Under the pieces are notes generated by a model, which saw only the letters and a program-made list of their open reading frames with translations, was not told where the DNA came from and searched no databases. Below are positions 12,464 through 45,437 of a stretch of 45,437 nt of DNA, one piece after another (positions within the stretch are counted from its first letter, which is position 1; each line of letters starts with the position of its first letter). The DNA is from Catajapyx aquilonaris (lineage: Eukaryota), in assembly GCA_000934665.2 (NCBI GenBank), contig JYFJ02000814.1, forward strand, positions 62,001 to 107,437, read 5' to 3'. A program made the translations under genes and the position numbers.

Positions 12464-12552
12464 GGCCAATTACATGAGCTCAAATTAAGAGAAAATCTTA
12501 GATTATACCTAATCAAAGATTTGTCATCAATTTGAGTTCATGCAATTGGGCC
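12464..12552. repeat. 89-bp imperfect inverted repeat (hairpin) in the predicted bdg 3'UTR
   Basis: Arms 12464-12505 and 12510-12552 around loop TACC; about 36 of 42 positions pair (manual count, G-U included). Confidence 0.75.
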
Positions 12553-13294
12553 TGTTTTTGTGTAATGTAAGCTTAGGAAAAATGCTTGCTCTTTTTTAAA
12601 AATATATACAGTATAATTACGTTGGAGATTTTGTGACCGGTGTCGCCCATCTATGCATTAAAAGACTGATTGTATAGCCTTGTCCTATTGTAATCGTTAC
12701 TTTTTTTTTGGTCAAACATGTATTTATTTAAATGGTATAAAATGCAATGTACAGTCAGTAAATGCAATTGCTGATTTTTCGCCAGGTGTTTTGCAATAAA
12801 CATGTGACACTTATACCATTTAGGATTATTCACTCTGTGAGTCACTAGACCCAAGTCCTGTAGGACACACCAAAGGTCAAGTTCCGGGCTCCTAGGATAT
12901 GGTGCATAATATAGCAAGGAAATGACTCACAAATTGCAATGTATTTTGGATTAATAATTACTTTTTGCTTCATCATTTCCATATACAAGGAAGCTTGCAA
13001 CAATGCTTTTTTCTGTACCTAAAATGCCAGCTGATGTGAGGCGTGATCACCTAAAGTGGTTTTCTTCCACGTCATTCCTGGTGTAAAAATGATAAGTCAT
13101 TGGGAACTAACTCAAGGGCACTCGACCTGGAAGAGGGAATAAATGCACTTCACTCTGAGTAAGGTTCCAAAGTGCAGTTCGAAGGGCACTATCTCTCTTC
13201 CTGAAAAGTCACCACTGGTAGGAGCCCTGTCTCACTTGATCGTCAGACATTGTAGGTGACACTAGGGCCTGTCAATATTCAAACTATTGCGAAA

Positions 13295-14157
13295 ATGGTG
13301 CAGCTCGTTGGGAAGTTCAAGTACGAGAAGCATGAGAACTTCGAAGAATACATGAAGGCCATTGGTAAGTGCTGCGGGCTATTTGTGATATTGCCTGTTT
13401 TAGCTGGATTTTTAAAAAAACAGTCTGTTATTCTCGATTTTACATGCTGATTATAATGACATGCAGCTTTGCATACAAACATTCTGTAAATGTGGGTTCG
13501 CAACATTATTTCGCGAAAACTGCGAATTTAGGAATTCTAGAAATCACTTTAATTGTCCCAACCAAACTTTGAAACAATAATAAACCCATGCAATACCATC
13601 TGAAATTATTAATGTTAAACAACTATCAGATTAAATTTTTTTGCATAGGAATTGGCCTGGTTGCCAGGAAGTTGATGCTGGCCACTTCCCCCACCCTTGA
13701 CATAATCGACGATGGCAACGACAAGTACACCCTGAAGACCCAGGGAGTGAAGAACACCGAGGTGACCTTCACCCTTGGAGAGGAGTACGACGATGAATTT
13801 CCAAACGGAGATAAGGTCAAGGTATGAGTGGCAATATCTTGATGTGATCCCAATGTTTGACACTTAAATTGATCGTTGTCAGAGCACCACTGTGATAAAC
13901 GGTGAGAAGATGATCACCACCTCCAAGGGGAAGAAAGGTGACACCGAAATCATTCGGGAACTCGATGGAGGAGACACCCTCATTGTGGTTAGTACTATTT
14001 TTTTTGCGGGGGAGATCAAACTACCTGGTGTCACACTGACACGCGAGACTGACATCAAACGTGAACTTTACGTGACCGGATTTTCTTCCTAATTTCTCAG
14101 CACGTCAAGGACTGTGCCAGCGGCGTGGAGGCCAAGAGGTACTACAAGAGGGTGTGA
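13295..14157 (+). CDS. fabp: Intracellular fatty acid-binding protein (FABP/iLBP, lipocalin fold), 4 exons, 134 aa
   Basis: Exons 13295-13364, 13649-13821, 13883-13987, 14101-14157 (70/173/105/57 nt, phases 1,0,0), the classic three-intron FABP layout. Protein MVQLVGKFKYEKHENFEEYMKAIGIGLVARK...FTLGEEYDD...IIRE...AKRYYKRV carries the G-x-F/W..ENFEEYMKAIG signature, the F-x-LGEE motif and the C-terminal R-x-Y. ATTAAA at 14226. Confidence 0.95.
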
Positions 14158-14962
14158 TACCAACCTACGTATTACATGGACATACACAAAAAGTCTGAAG
14201 TGTAACAGTATTGGCATGTGCGAATATTAAACCCTTTCTTATTACTCTAATATGTACCTTTTATTGACACCACATTGGTGACATTGTTGCCGTACATGGT
14301 ACCGTTGACCCTACAATGTCCCGTCACAGTTTTCATCAGAATTTCATCAATATTAAAACATTTTTTGAATATATATTCATAGACATTTGCTACGAACAAT
14401 TTAACCTGAGATTTATAATATTTACAACGGTTTTTTTCGACAAATTTGCATTTGACCAGCTGGTATTTCACATCGCAATTTCAGTCGACATTTCCAACAC
14501 TGATTAACCTTGCATGCAATTGCACCTGTCCTTCAAACTTAGATACTTGATTACACTCAAATTGCACCCAGCACAATTTCGAAGGAACTGCAAAGAGTGT
14601 AATTATGTCCATTTGACCTCTGATATGGACGCTAAAAAATCGTCTAATTCCCTGCAAGCTCTAATCACGCGATTTATTAGCCCCCACCATCTCGTGTGAA
14701 TAAGGTAGTCATGAAACCATTTTCTAGGTATTGCAAAAAAAAAAATCTCGACCACGCAGATTTGTTCAGTTCAGAGTTGGTACCAGGCTGAGGAGGGTTC
14801 AAGCTGTAGAACCTGCCGTGACAACACCTGGTTATTGATTGGCGACCCACAAATGTAGGGGCTAAAAAAGAGAGTCGCGTATTGCTAGTCACTTGTTATA
14901 GCCAGGCTTTGTTTGTTGGAAGCGACGCGGTCTGTTGTTTGCATTGTTCTTTTGTGGTGAGG

Positions 14963-16582
14963 ATGTCTCGAAGGGCGTTGCCGGTACTGTTCATCAACCT
15001 GGGTGGGGAGATGATGTACATTATAGACCAGAGGATCAAGGCGCAAGGAATCGACGCTCACAAGGGCGTCAAAGGTGAGGAAATTATTATGTTAAATGCG
15101 GTTCCAAAATAACTTTAATATGAAATTACAATGATGTATATGCCAATGGGTAAACTCTTGAAACAGTGGCTGTCAATAACCACATTACATTGTTGCAGTA
15201 ATGAATGATATCATCAGTACCATGTTCAACAAAAAGTTCATTGAGGAGCTGTTCAAAGATCAGGAGCTGTATAGTCGAGGGGCGCTGAGGACCATGTTTG
15301 AGAAGCTGGCCCATGCGTCCATCATGAGGCTCAATTCGGTCAGCATGGACAAGCTGTTTGACCTCATGGTGATGGTGCTCAAATACCAGATGTACCGGTG
15401 CTCTGGCCCTTTTGATGTCATTGCAGTTACCCTGAACCACCTCGATGCCATAAAGGGATACGTGGCAGGATCTGAAACAATGTCACAAGTTGATGGGGTT
15501 TATAACATGTTCATAGATGTAAGTTAGAAGCACTTCTGCTTCAATGCACATATTAATGTGAGCTTCTTATTGCAGACATATGCCGGAATGGATCAAGCTG
15601 AACTGCAGGACATCCGGTACACACTTCTGAACTGTCTTCAGGACTTCAAAATCCGGGTGTCCATGCTCCTGAAGGATGGCAGCCAGAACCACAATGGGCA
15701 ACTGGTGATACCGTGCGGAGGGATTTTGCCTGAAGGGGTTGAGCTGCCAGGAACTGTGAGGTACTTTGGCAATGCTGGAGAAGAGGTGTACATTAATACC
15801 TTTCCACCTGGAGGAGACTATGAGTTATGTGTGCATTCACCTTCACTCAAGTTGGGAGAACCACATGGAACCACATTGGGATGCAACATGTGAGTGATGT
15901 ACTCTGCATCCAACTTTTACAATTAAATGTTGCCAAAAGGTTATCATAATTACACACCATATTTTTTTAGAGCAGGTCATTAACAAACATGACACTTCTC
16001 ACATGTGTAGCCTCTGATAACACCATATCTGACACCACCTAAACAGCTGTGTTAAGCAGCTCAGTGCTGATATTTTTCATATGCACCTGTCACATTATTT
16101 CTGTAATAACATGAGATAAAACCTCCAATGTTGCAGATATGAAAAAGATGACGATGAGCCAGGTAAATTAGTTTCAAGGCGACCAAGCGACGTGACGACT
16201 GAGGCACCTGAAGACCAGAATGTGCTTGCTCCACCAGATCCCATGGCTGCAAAGGGTCTTGAACTTCTCTGCCAGACAATTGGTGCCAGGAAACAGAAAC
16301 AGTCTCAATACCAGTTCAGGCTCAACCTGTTCAACATGGATGATGAAAGGTAAGACAGGCTTATGTGCTCTAACTGCAATGATTAAATGACTTAACTTGT
16401 GCAGGGAACCAGTACAGGCACCAGAACCAGAGGACACGGCCACGGATGTGATCCACATAGATGGAAAATCCTCATCACGAATGGTGGAACTTGACAGAAT
16501 TGCAAGTGAGATGTCGACCCTTGAACCTTCCAGAATGGATCCTGAAAGTGAAGACCTCCTCGACCTGCTTCCAGATGTCTGA
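14963..16582 (+). CDS. OSCP1: Organic solute carrier partner 1 (OSCP1/NOR1) homolog, 5 exons, 378 aa
   Basis: Exons 14963-15074, 15199-15518, 15576-15889, 16137-16349, 16405-16582 (1137 nt, phases consistent). Diagnostic motifs: LPVLFINLGGEMMYIIDQR, LAHASIMRLNSVSMDKLFDLMVMVLKYQ, FRLNLF and C-terminal EDLLDLL. Confidence 0.95.
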
Positions 16583-16688
16583 GGGCACAACAACAATGTA
16601 CAACAAAAATACCGTCCCATTTATTTACATATAGTGTACAGTTACTAGTGGAATGAGGCTTCCATGCATTAAACTTGTTCAATCGAAT

Positions 16689-18045
16689 TCAATCGAACCG
16701 GAATATAATTTTACAACCCTGAAATCCAGCCTGGTCCGCAGCAGAAGCCATAGCTTGCTGGTAGTCCTTGAGCGCTACGAATCGGTGCGTAGGTGGTTTT
16801 AGCTCGCCCCTTTTGATAGCTCCTGCCAGGTAATCCATCATTTGGTCCCTCTTTGGGTCTTTCTCGTGCTCCCAGTTCCATCTTGTCATCCAGAATCCAA
16901 CCAGGTGGAGGTCCTTGAAAATTAGTGCCGATGTAGGTGCTGTCAGAGGTTGGCGTGACATACCCCCATAGGTAACCAAGATTCCACCATTGTCCAGGTG
17001 CCGCATGACATCCAGTGCGTTTTTACCCCCTATGCAGTTAAACCCCAGCTTTGGTTTTCGTAGGCCCTCCTTGAATATGGTGGTGGTCCGCAGCTCATCT
17101 TCGGTCAGCACGCAGGTGGCCCCCATTCCAATCAGCCATTTCTTCAGGTCATCAATCCCTTCCCTGTGCCTAACGACATTAACTGTGTTGACACCCATGG
17201 CTTTACACATTTGGATTACGGCTTGTCCAACAGCACTGTTGCCTCCGTTTTGTATCACGGTGTCGCCCACAGCCAGTGGGTGGAAGTCATGCAGCATTCG
17301 GTAGGCTGTTCCCGGATTGACCCCAATGGTCGCAGCTGATGCAAGGTCCATCTCAGGAATGCGTATCAAGTCGTTCGAGGGGCATATGGCATGAGTCCGC
17401 CATGTCCCCCAAGCATTCTTACGAGGCAGGACCCAGTCGCCTGGCTTCAAGTTGCTCACTCCAGAACCAACCATGGACACAACTCCAACTCCTTCATTCC
17501 CCGGGATTGACGGCAATGTCGGCTTCACAGCGTAAGTTCCCTGTATGGTGTTCATGTCAGCTGGGTTCAGCGTAGCTGCCAGCATCTTAACCAACACCTG
17601 GAAATCATGCGAATTAATTTTTTGATATGTACTACAGTACAGAGAGGCATGCATTGATGTATCTGCGTAGTATTGATCCCACATTCATGCTGCGGCTAGC
17701 TGCATTTGTGACAAATCGCCAATAACAATTTTAACACCGGCCATAAACATCCTCCCTGGCAAGCATCCGAACGACATGCAACATTTTTTCCTAGTAATTT
17801 AATTAGCCCTTCTGATATTTTTATTACTCAGACAATGGCTTTGTAGACATCAGCTGTGTGTATACTTGGTCAGTCCCTGGAGGCGCCTCAATCTTGAAGG
17901 TCTCCAGCTTGAGCACCTTTGCCGGGTCGCCATACTCCGAGTAGGTCAGCTGTGATCCTGACACCGTGTGGAAGAGGGACCGGATCTGCCCCTGGAGCTT
18001 TCCAGACCCTTTGCGGACACCAGAGAGGAAGATGGGCAGCGCCAT
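16689..18045 (-). CDS. MECR: Mitochondrial trans-2-enoyl-[ACP/CoA] reductase (MDR superfamily), 2 exons, 362 aa
   Basis: Exons 18045-17866 and 17597-16689 with a phase-0 GT-AG intron. Basic, acid-free N-terminus fits a mitochondrial presequence. Motifs: YSEYGDPAKVL, NPADMNTIQGTY (catalytic Tyr region), PGNEGVG, GTWRTH, VNPGTAYRML, IQNGGNSAVGQAVIQ, VTYGGMSRQP, GFWMTRW. Confidence 0.96.
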
Positions 18046-18260
18046 GCTTGATTATCTCAATATCTCTGCTGCTCTCTAGTGATGCTGGGATCGGATGGCA
18101 GGTGGCACCACTGATCGGAGGGGGCGTTGGCAACACTGGAAGCGCTCGTTTTGAACCGGGTCATTTTGTACTGTACAGTAAAACATGACATAATATTGTT
18201 GAACATACATAGTAACCGAGGTTGTCAACAACTTGTCTAAATTTATTGCCCGAAAGAAGA
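18046..18260. promoter_or_regulatory. Probable bidirectional promoter between MECR and the orphan gene
   Basis: Start codons lie head-to-head only 316 bp apart. Two related motifs, TGGCACCACTG (18103) and TGGCAACACTG (18128), sit in the gap. Confidence 0.5.
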
Positions 18261-18361
18261 GGTAAGTACATGTGTTCCTCGCTTGTCCACCACGTTTTAT
18301 GTGATTTTTGGTGTCAGCAGATGAGTTGTCTCGAAGGGACAGTGAAGAATAACTGAACGAG

Positions 18362-20453
18362 ATGGTTGTGAAACACAAGATGGGGCCCAAGGTGTCCAAA
18401 AATCCCATGGTCCGGCTGAGGAGGTTGGAGAGGATATACCAGCTGGACCTCTTGCGGCATGAACGTAACCACAAGGCGATATTGAGGAGGATCGATGCCG
18501 ACCGGAGGTACACTTGGTTCAAACTGGCCATACCGAGAGTACCAGGCGTCTTCAGGGATGTCAAGGTATGTCCGTTTCAGTTAGAAAACGGTAATTGTTC
18601 CATAAATAATCCGTGCACCATTTACAGTCTGAGGAAATCGCGATATACCAAGACCGCATCCCCGGGTTTTGCTACCACAGCAACGGCGACCTGAAGATTC
18701 GGATATCCATGGGCACAGTGGCCTCGACAGAGTTCACCCATGAAGACGTGACCATTCCAAAAGGCAAGGCTGAGTCCCATCTGAACTACTTGATCAAGAA
18801 GGCCCCCAACAAGGACAGCTGCACCTGCGACATACACGACATCCTGAATGACCCAGAGGTCCACGTGGTGCTCCTTCGGGCCCTGATGGACGACTCCGCA
18901 ACCGCTAGCCTCATCGGACTCGGACAAGAGGTAGACGAGGAGGAGAACGTCGATGATAAGGCCTGCTTGGACACCAAGTCCCTGAAGGAGGAAGGAGGCA
19001 GCAGCGACACTCTTCAGAGGAACGATAACATTGCCTATGCGAGAGAGGTGACTGCTGTCATATGGTCGGAAAGACATTGTAAGAGTGATTTAACCCACCA
19101 TCGTCTTGTGACCCTCAGGTGATCCAGGATATGCTAGATGAGGTCAAGGCAGGCTCAACAAACTCCAGCAGACACACAACTCCCGTAGATTCCCAAAGCG
19201 CCCCCCTCATCATCAACCACGAGAGCTCCCTCCTTCAGGCCTGGTCCCATCTGGCCGGCGAGGAATACCGTCCAATGCGCCCCAGCGGCCTCATAAACCG
19301 TCCCACCCACCACACCTTACTGGACAGTCCCTGTGCAACTGCTCCCTCAACACCGAGATCCAGCTTCATATGCGAGAGCTGTGGGTCCATGAGTGAGAAG
19401 GAGTGCAGCTGCGTCGACAAGAGCGTCCGGAACTCCCAGAAACGCTCGGAGGAAGAGACAAACTCCCTGAAGGTGAACCACAGCAGCTCACGAGAAGACT
19501 CGCAGATCATCTCGTCTACTTCGAGGAGCTCCAATGATGTCACCTCCTCAGTTGGAGTCTTGAAGAAGTCGGGCTCGCAGAATCCGAAGAAACCTGACAA
19601 CACGCCCAGCTTGGGTGGAGGCTCTAAGAAAAGCATCTCGCCTCAGCCCAGAAGCCCCAGCAAGGTTCGAGGGCCACAAAGCATGTTCGACTGGAACTCG
19701 AAGCATCCCAAAAGCCGTGACAGCACGTCCAGCTGGATTGAAGGATCGGATAAGGCCGTGGTCGACTGGTGCGTCAAGGAGATGAAGAAATACGGGGGTT
19801 CCGTGTCATCTGAAGTCAGGCAAACCACAAAAGAATGGAGAGAGCATCAGATCAGGACATCTCAAGACATGTCCAGTTCGGCGGGTTACACGGAGAAGAA
19901 CCTAGGCCCGCCGAAGAGCCGAGGGAGCTCGTCCAGTTGGGGGAGCTACTCGGATGATCAGGATGCCCACACTCCTGGGAGCTCCGAGGACATTCTGGGT
20001 GAAGGTAGATATTTTGTTAATTTTCACTACAAAGTTCATTGTAAATTAGATGTTTCTTCTGACTATCGCACAGTCCTTGAAGACTCGAAAGCCGGCCTGG
20101 CCAAGCGGTACCCTCAGAAAACCCCCCATGGTCCTACCACCTGGACAGCCAACCCTCTCAAAACCTCGAAGTCTCCGGGTAGGACAGTCTACACCTCCAG
20201 CTTCTCGGACACCATGGGCGAAGACTCCATGAAGAGCCTCTTCCAACCTAGGGTACCCAACAACACCATCGTCACCTCGCCGTCTACCACAACCAGCAGG
20301 TCATGGAGCACCGCATCGGTGTCGCACAAGGAGAATTTCAAAATGTCTCACATGTTGGTTCACCTCCAGCGGGAACTGTCCACCAGGATGCTCCAGAAGA
20401 GAGTGGACGCCTTCTTGGCCAAATCAGGTCCCACAGTCCAGCGAGGAGTTTAA
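18362..20453 (+). CDS. Uncharacterised protein, ~629 aa (652 aa if the last 69-nt intron is retained): basic N-terminus, acidic middle, Ser-rich low-complexity C-terminal half
   Basis: Exons 18362-18565, 18628-19047, 19119-20004, 20074-20453 join in frame via GT-AG introns of 62, 71 and 69 nt. The sequence is GC-rich and coding-like. A likely 5'UTR intron lies at 18262-18320 and AATAAA at 20507. I recognise no family. Confidence 0.75.
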
Positions 20454-20522
20454 ACAGAAAACCCCTACATTGCGCAGGCAAATTATGATTCTTGCTGGAT
20501 TATATGAATAAAAAGTTTTACA

Positions 20523-20577
<55 letters not shown>
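20523..20577. repeat. (TAT)n microsatellite, ~18 units
   Basis: Perfect tattattat... run read directly. Confidence 0.97.
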
Positions 20578-20588
20578 GGGCGCTTTTC

Positions 20589-20721
20589 AAAATGGCGTCG
20601 GAGAGGCGCCATTTCGCGGCCTACTCCCTGTGTGTTCCTGGCGCTCCAAGATGGCGCCGGAGAGGCACCATTTCGCGGCCTACTCCCTGTGTGTTCCTGA
20701 TGGCACTCCAAGATGGCGTCG
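20589..20721. repeat. GC-rich tandem repeat, ~59-62 bp unit, ~2.2 copies, with YY1/Pho-type ATGGCG/CGCCAT motifs
   Basis: Unit atggcg(t/c)cggagaggc(g/a)ccatttcgcggcctactccctgtgtgttcctg..gc(g/a)ctccaag starts at 20592 and 20651, with a partial copy at 20713. Confidence 0.85.
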
Positions 20722-21050
20722 CCGCGATGTTCCGAAGCTTCGTCCGTGCAATTATTTGACTAGAATCAGCGAATATCACGCTCTCAATTTCCCATTCAGA
20801 GCGCATAGTGCTGGCGGGCACTTTTTTTTTTACATGCGACTTACCAGGGACTGGCAGGCAAGGCAGTTTTCGCGCGCTGTCAACCAACCGATCCCCCCTC
20901 CACCTCCTCCTCTTCTCTCCAACAAACAAGCATCAACTTTTTCCTCTGGCCCGCGGCCAATACCGAATGGTCGCGGGAGTGAGAGAGACGCACCTGGACA
21001 CACATGAGGGTGCAGTGCGGACTGGATCGGTTGTAGTGCGTGCATTGATC

Positions 21051-42621
<21,571 letters not shown>

Positions 42622-45437
42622 GTAAGTACCATTTGAGAAATTTATTACACAACATGTAATGAGATGTACGCTGGAATGATTTGTGACTTCCTGAGCATAA
42701 CAATGCAGCACACTTGAAAAGGAACCGAATAGGCCTATCCCTTCAACATATTATGCGTCGAATTTTTAACAATTTGGTTTAAAATGGGCCTGCATTTTTT
42801 TTAAAGGGTTGTAAATAATTTCCGCATGCAGCCGGTTTTGATATCAAAATATCATCCATGTGAGTCATACACGCTCATATACGGTGCACCTCCAGTGAAC
42901 ACGGATGCACGTTCCACTCAGGATGATACATGCGACGAGATGCGATCAAACAAGACACCTTTTATACCTAGAAGATATGCTCACGTGAGAAACCTCACTT
43001 TTGCTACACCAAGAGAAATCGGCCTACGTAATCAGCCATATCTCCAACCCCACCCTATATATTTTTTTCGGGTTTTTATTTTTTTCGTACGTTAGGTAGT
43101 TTCTCTTTCAAACAGACCGACCACTTGTCCGGACAGGTGCTGGTCACTGCCCCTCTAAGAATTCAACAAATAATCAATTATGAGTGTCCATCTGGCGATA
43201 CAGTAATTACCATGTGTAAGGCATTGGATGGATTGTAATTAGGCTGCCCGGGATGTGAGTTACGTTGATGACACCCTGGCCACAAAGGGTCAATCGTGTA
43301 CGTGCCAAACAGGTTTTTCGGCGGTATGTGTATCGGTGGTCCTGTACTTTCACTTCCATGAGACGCACTTTCATTCAATGGTCCGGAAATAATTGTCACA
43401 TGATAGGACACAGAGTAGCCAGGTGTTAATTGGTGGGGTCATTTCTCTGTTGATGTATGTCGAAGGCTGAGATAGTTCGTGAATGATATGGGCGTGGTTT
43501 TTAGTTCGAACCAGAAACGGTTCAAGGTTTTAGACGTATTGTTTACTCAATGAACGACCTTCCTGGAGGTACTACCATTTTTTTTAACCTAACGAGAGCC
43601 CTCTGGGTCATTAACATTAATTACTGGACACTGTTTTTCGCATGTTGATCCGATCAGTCGCAATTCTGGTCGTCTTTTGCAACAGATGGATGTGATTACA
43701 GGTTGGTACAACTGATGAAAAATTGTGCAAATTTATTGGCCAGGAGTAGCAGTGATTGTACCTTCTGGAGTCTACGGTCATTAACGCTAATTGGAGGCTT
43801 TAAATCAAGTTGGATGTAAGTGTCAAAAAGTAGTCTCGTAGTTTTTAAGTACCTTGCTTGGGAAGGAAAATATGTTCAAGTGCGAAGGTCACAAGGTGTC
43901 CGAAAGAAATCGCACTACACATTTCAACACGAACTCTCATACCTGTTTTTAATGAAATAAGTCATTTTTGAATGAAAATTAATATTGCCTGAAACCTATA
44001 GGCTACGTTACGCTTCATGTATACCTTACTTTCCATTTAAGAGTTATTTCAGTATGGGTTACCTATACCGAAACTCTTACAAATTGCAACCATTTTTGAA
44101 TAGTTGCTTCCTGTTACACTTCCGGTCACAATTTGATTGTAATAAAATCCATTTTTGTCATTTATTTTGCCAAAATTAATGTGACATATTTTTAAAATTT
44201 TTGTATTCCCTCCATCAGGGTAACAACAACAACAAAAAATCATTGCCCAAGTATGGTGCTCTCTAGTGGACATTTGCCAAACCTGTTTATGAGCAGTGTA
44301 ATGGTGCCACCTACCGACAACAAGAAGCATCTCTGGAATTCCTTTTCTTTTTTTTTATTACAAGTAATTACAAAGCTGACGCATCACAAAAGACTGTCAG
44401 AAGAGTAAGTCCTTGATTTTTTTTTTTGTAACTACTTACCACTTCCATTACTATCCAAGCTCAATGGGTGTGGAAATTGAGAATTTGTTTACAAGTTATG
44501 TAACCACTAAAAAAAAATCGCCCTTTTGTAATGTGACCAGACGAAAATTGTTTCTTGAACAAAACCTTCCGTAAAAAAAAAAATTAAAGAAAAGAAAATG
44601 ACTCCTGCGAAGACACCGGCCTGTCATTAGTCCCCACTCTTCATGTCAACATTTCAATAGCATGCAATTGGAAGACGTCAGGTCGGTTGTCAGGAACGGA
44701 CAGGTATTTTAGGGTGTTGGGTGATTTATGAGACACCCTGCCGTGGTTGGTGGGTACAAAACTTTTTCGAGTCTTAACCGATTTTTTTTGTTTTTGAATT
44801 TTAAAAAAAAGTAACGGTGGTTTTGCGCGCTTCCAAAAAAAAATATTGTAACAGGTATGTCGCGTGCGTCTTTTGTGCGTAATTTTTCTCGCTGGGCGAT
44901 TCCAGGACAGTTCATGCAAAATAAAATGAAAAGTTCACCCTCTATTTTTTAATGTTAATGAAATTTGGTACGATAATTCTCCAGCAGCAATAGAGCACAT
45001 ATCAAATTTCTTTACATAAATACGTTCATTAGGTCGCACGTAATTAAATGGGCAAAAAACCCGTAAAAGTTGCAAACACGTAGACAAATGACCCTATATC
45101 TCGTTAACTGCGTAGCCCACCGTTACATGTGATGTATGTACGTGTTGGGCAAGATGAAAGGATTTCGATCATTGAATTTTCAAATTTTTTGAATCGAAAT
45201 GACGGCATGTTATGTATGGTTCAAAGTTTAAAAACGAAATATTCGCTATCGCGACGCCTCCTTCGGCTTTAAAAAAATATGTCCCGTAATACGTACTGGA
45301 TTCTTCATTTTTCGGCGATTTTTCCGGAGTGGGCCCTCCATTAGTTCCGGCGTAATAAATTAAACAGATCGGTAATCGGACGGGTATAGCATGAGTGACG
45401 TCACGCCTGGCGATGGAGGGATGCAGGGGTGGCATAA

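Noticed and set aside
14247..14510. Possible decayed hAT transposase C-terminal fragment on the minus strand
   Set aside because: The resemblance needs stops and a frameshift and is too weak to support without an HMM search.
17598..17684. N-terminal MWDQYY... extension of the 331-aa MECR ORF
   Set aside because: Intronic read-through; the true N-terminus is exon 18045-17866.
20589..20721. CRISPR-like repeat array
   Set aside because: Eukaryotic context, only ~2 units, and the whole unit repeats with no unique spacers.
20424..21007. Poly-Leu and poly-Ile ORFs (signal-peptide-like)
   Set aside because: Translation artefacts of the (TAT)n microsatellite and the adjacent tandem repeat.

Overview
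Eukaryotic, intron-containing genomic DNA from an animal. An arthropod is most likely, given a bedraggled-type SLC6 gene and many 50-70 nt introns, but the species cannot be fixed from sequence alone. I assembled six spliced protein-coding genes by hand with consistent GT-AG boundaries and exon phases. The first ~20 kb holds a 14-exon bedraggled-like orphan SLC6 transporter (+), a 4-exon fatty acid-binding protein (+), OSCP1 (+), mitochondrial trans-2-enoyl-thioester reductase MECR (-) and an unrecognised ~630-aa Ser-rich gene divergent from MECR (+). The last 25 kb holds the 5' part of a long-intron gene absent from the ORF track as a unit: a Raf-type Ras-binding-like domain directly followed by a divergent Dbl-homology RhoGEF domain, running off the window. 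Non-coding sequence contains microsatellites, MITE-like relics, two long fold-back hairpins and a YY1/Pho-motif tandem repeat. I see no CRISPR array, rRNA, intact tRNA or intact transposase. The best leads are the RBD-DH gene, the orphan gene, candidate alternative or poison exons and the hairpins. Family calls rest on recalled motifs, not database searches.
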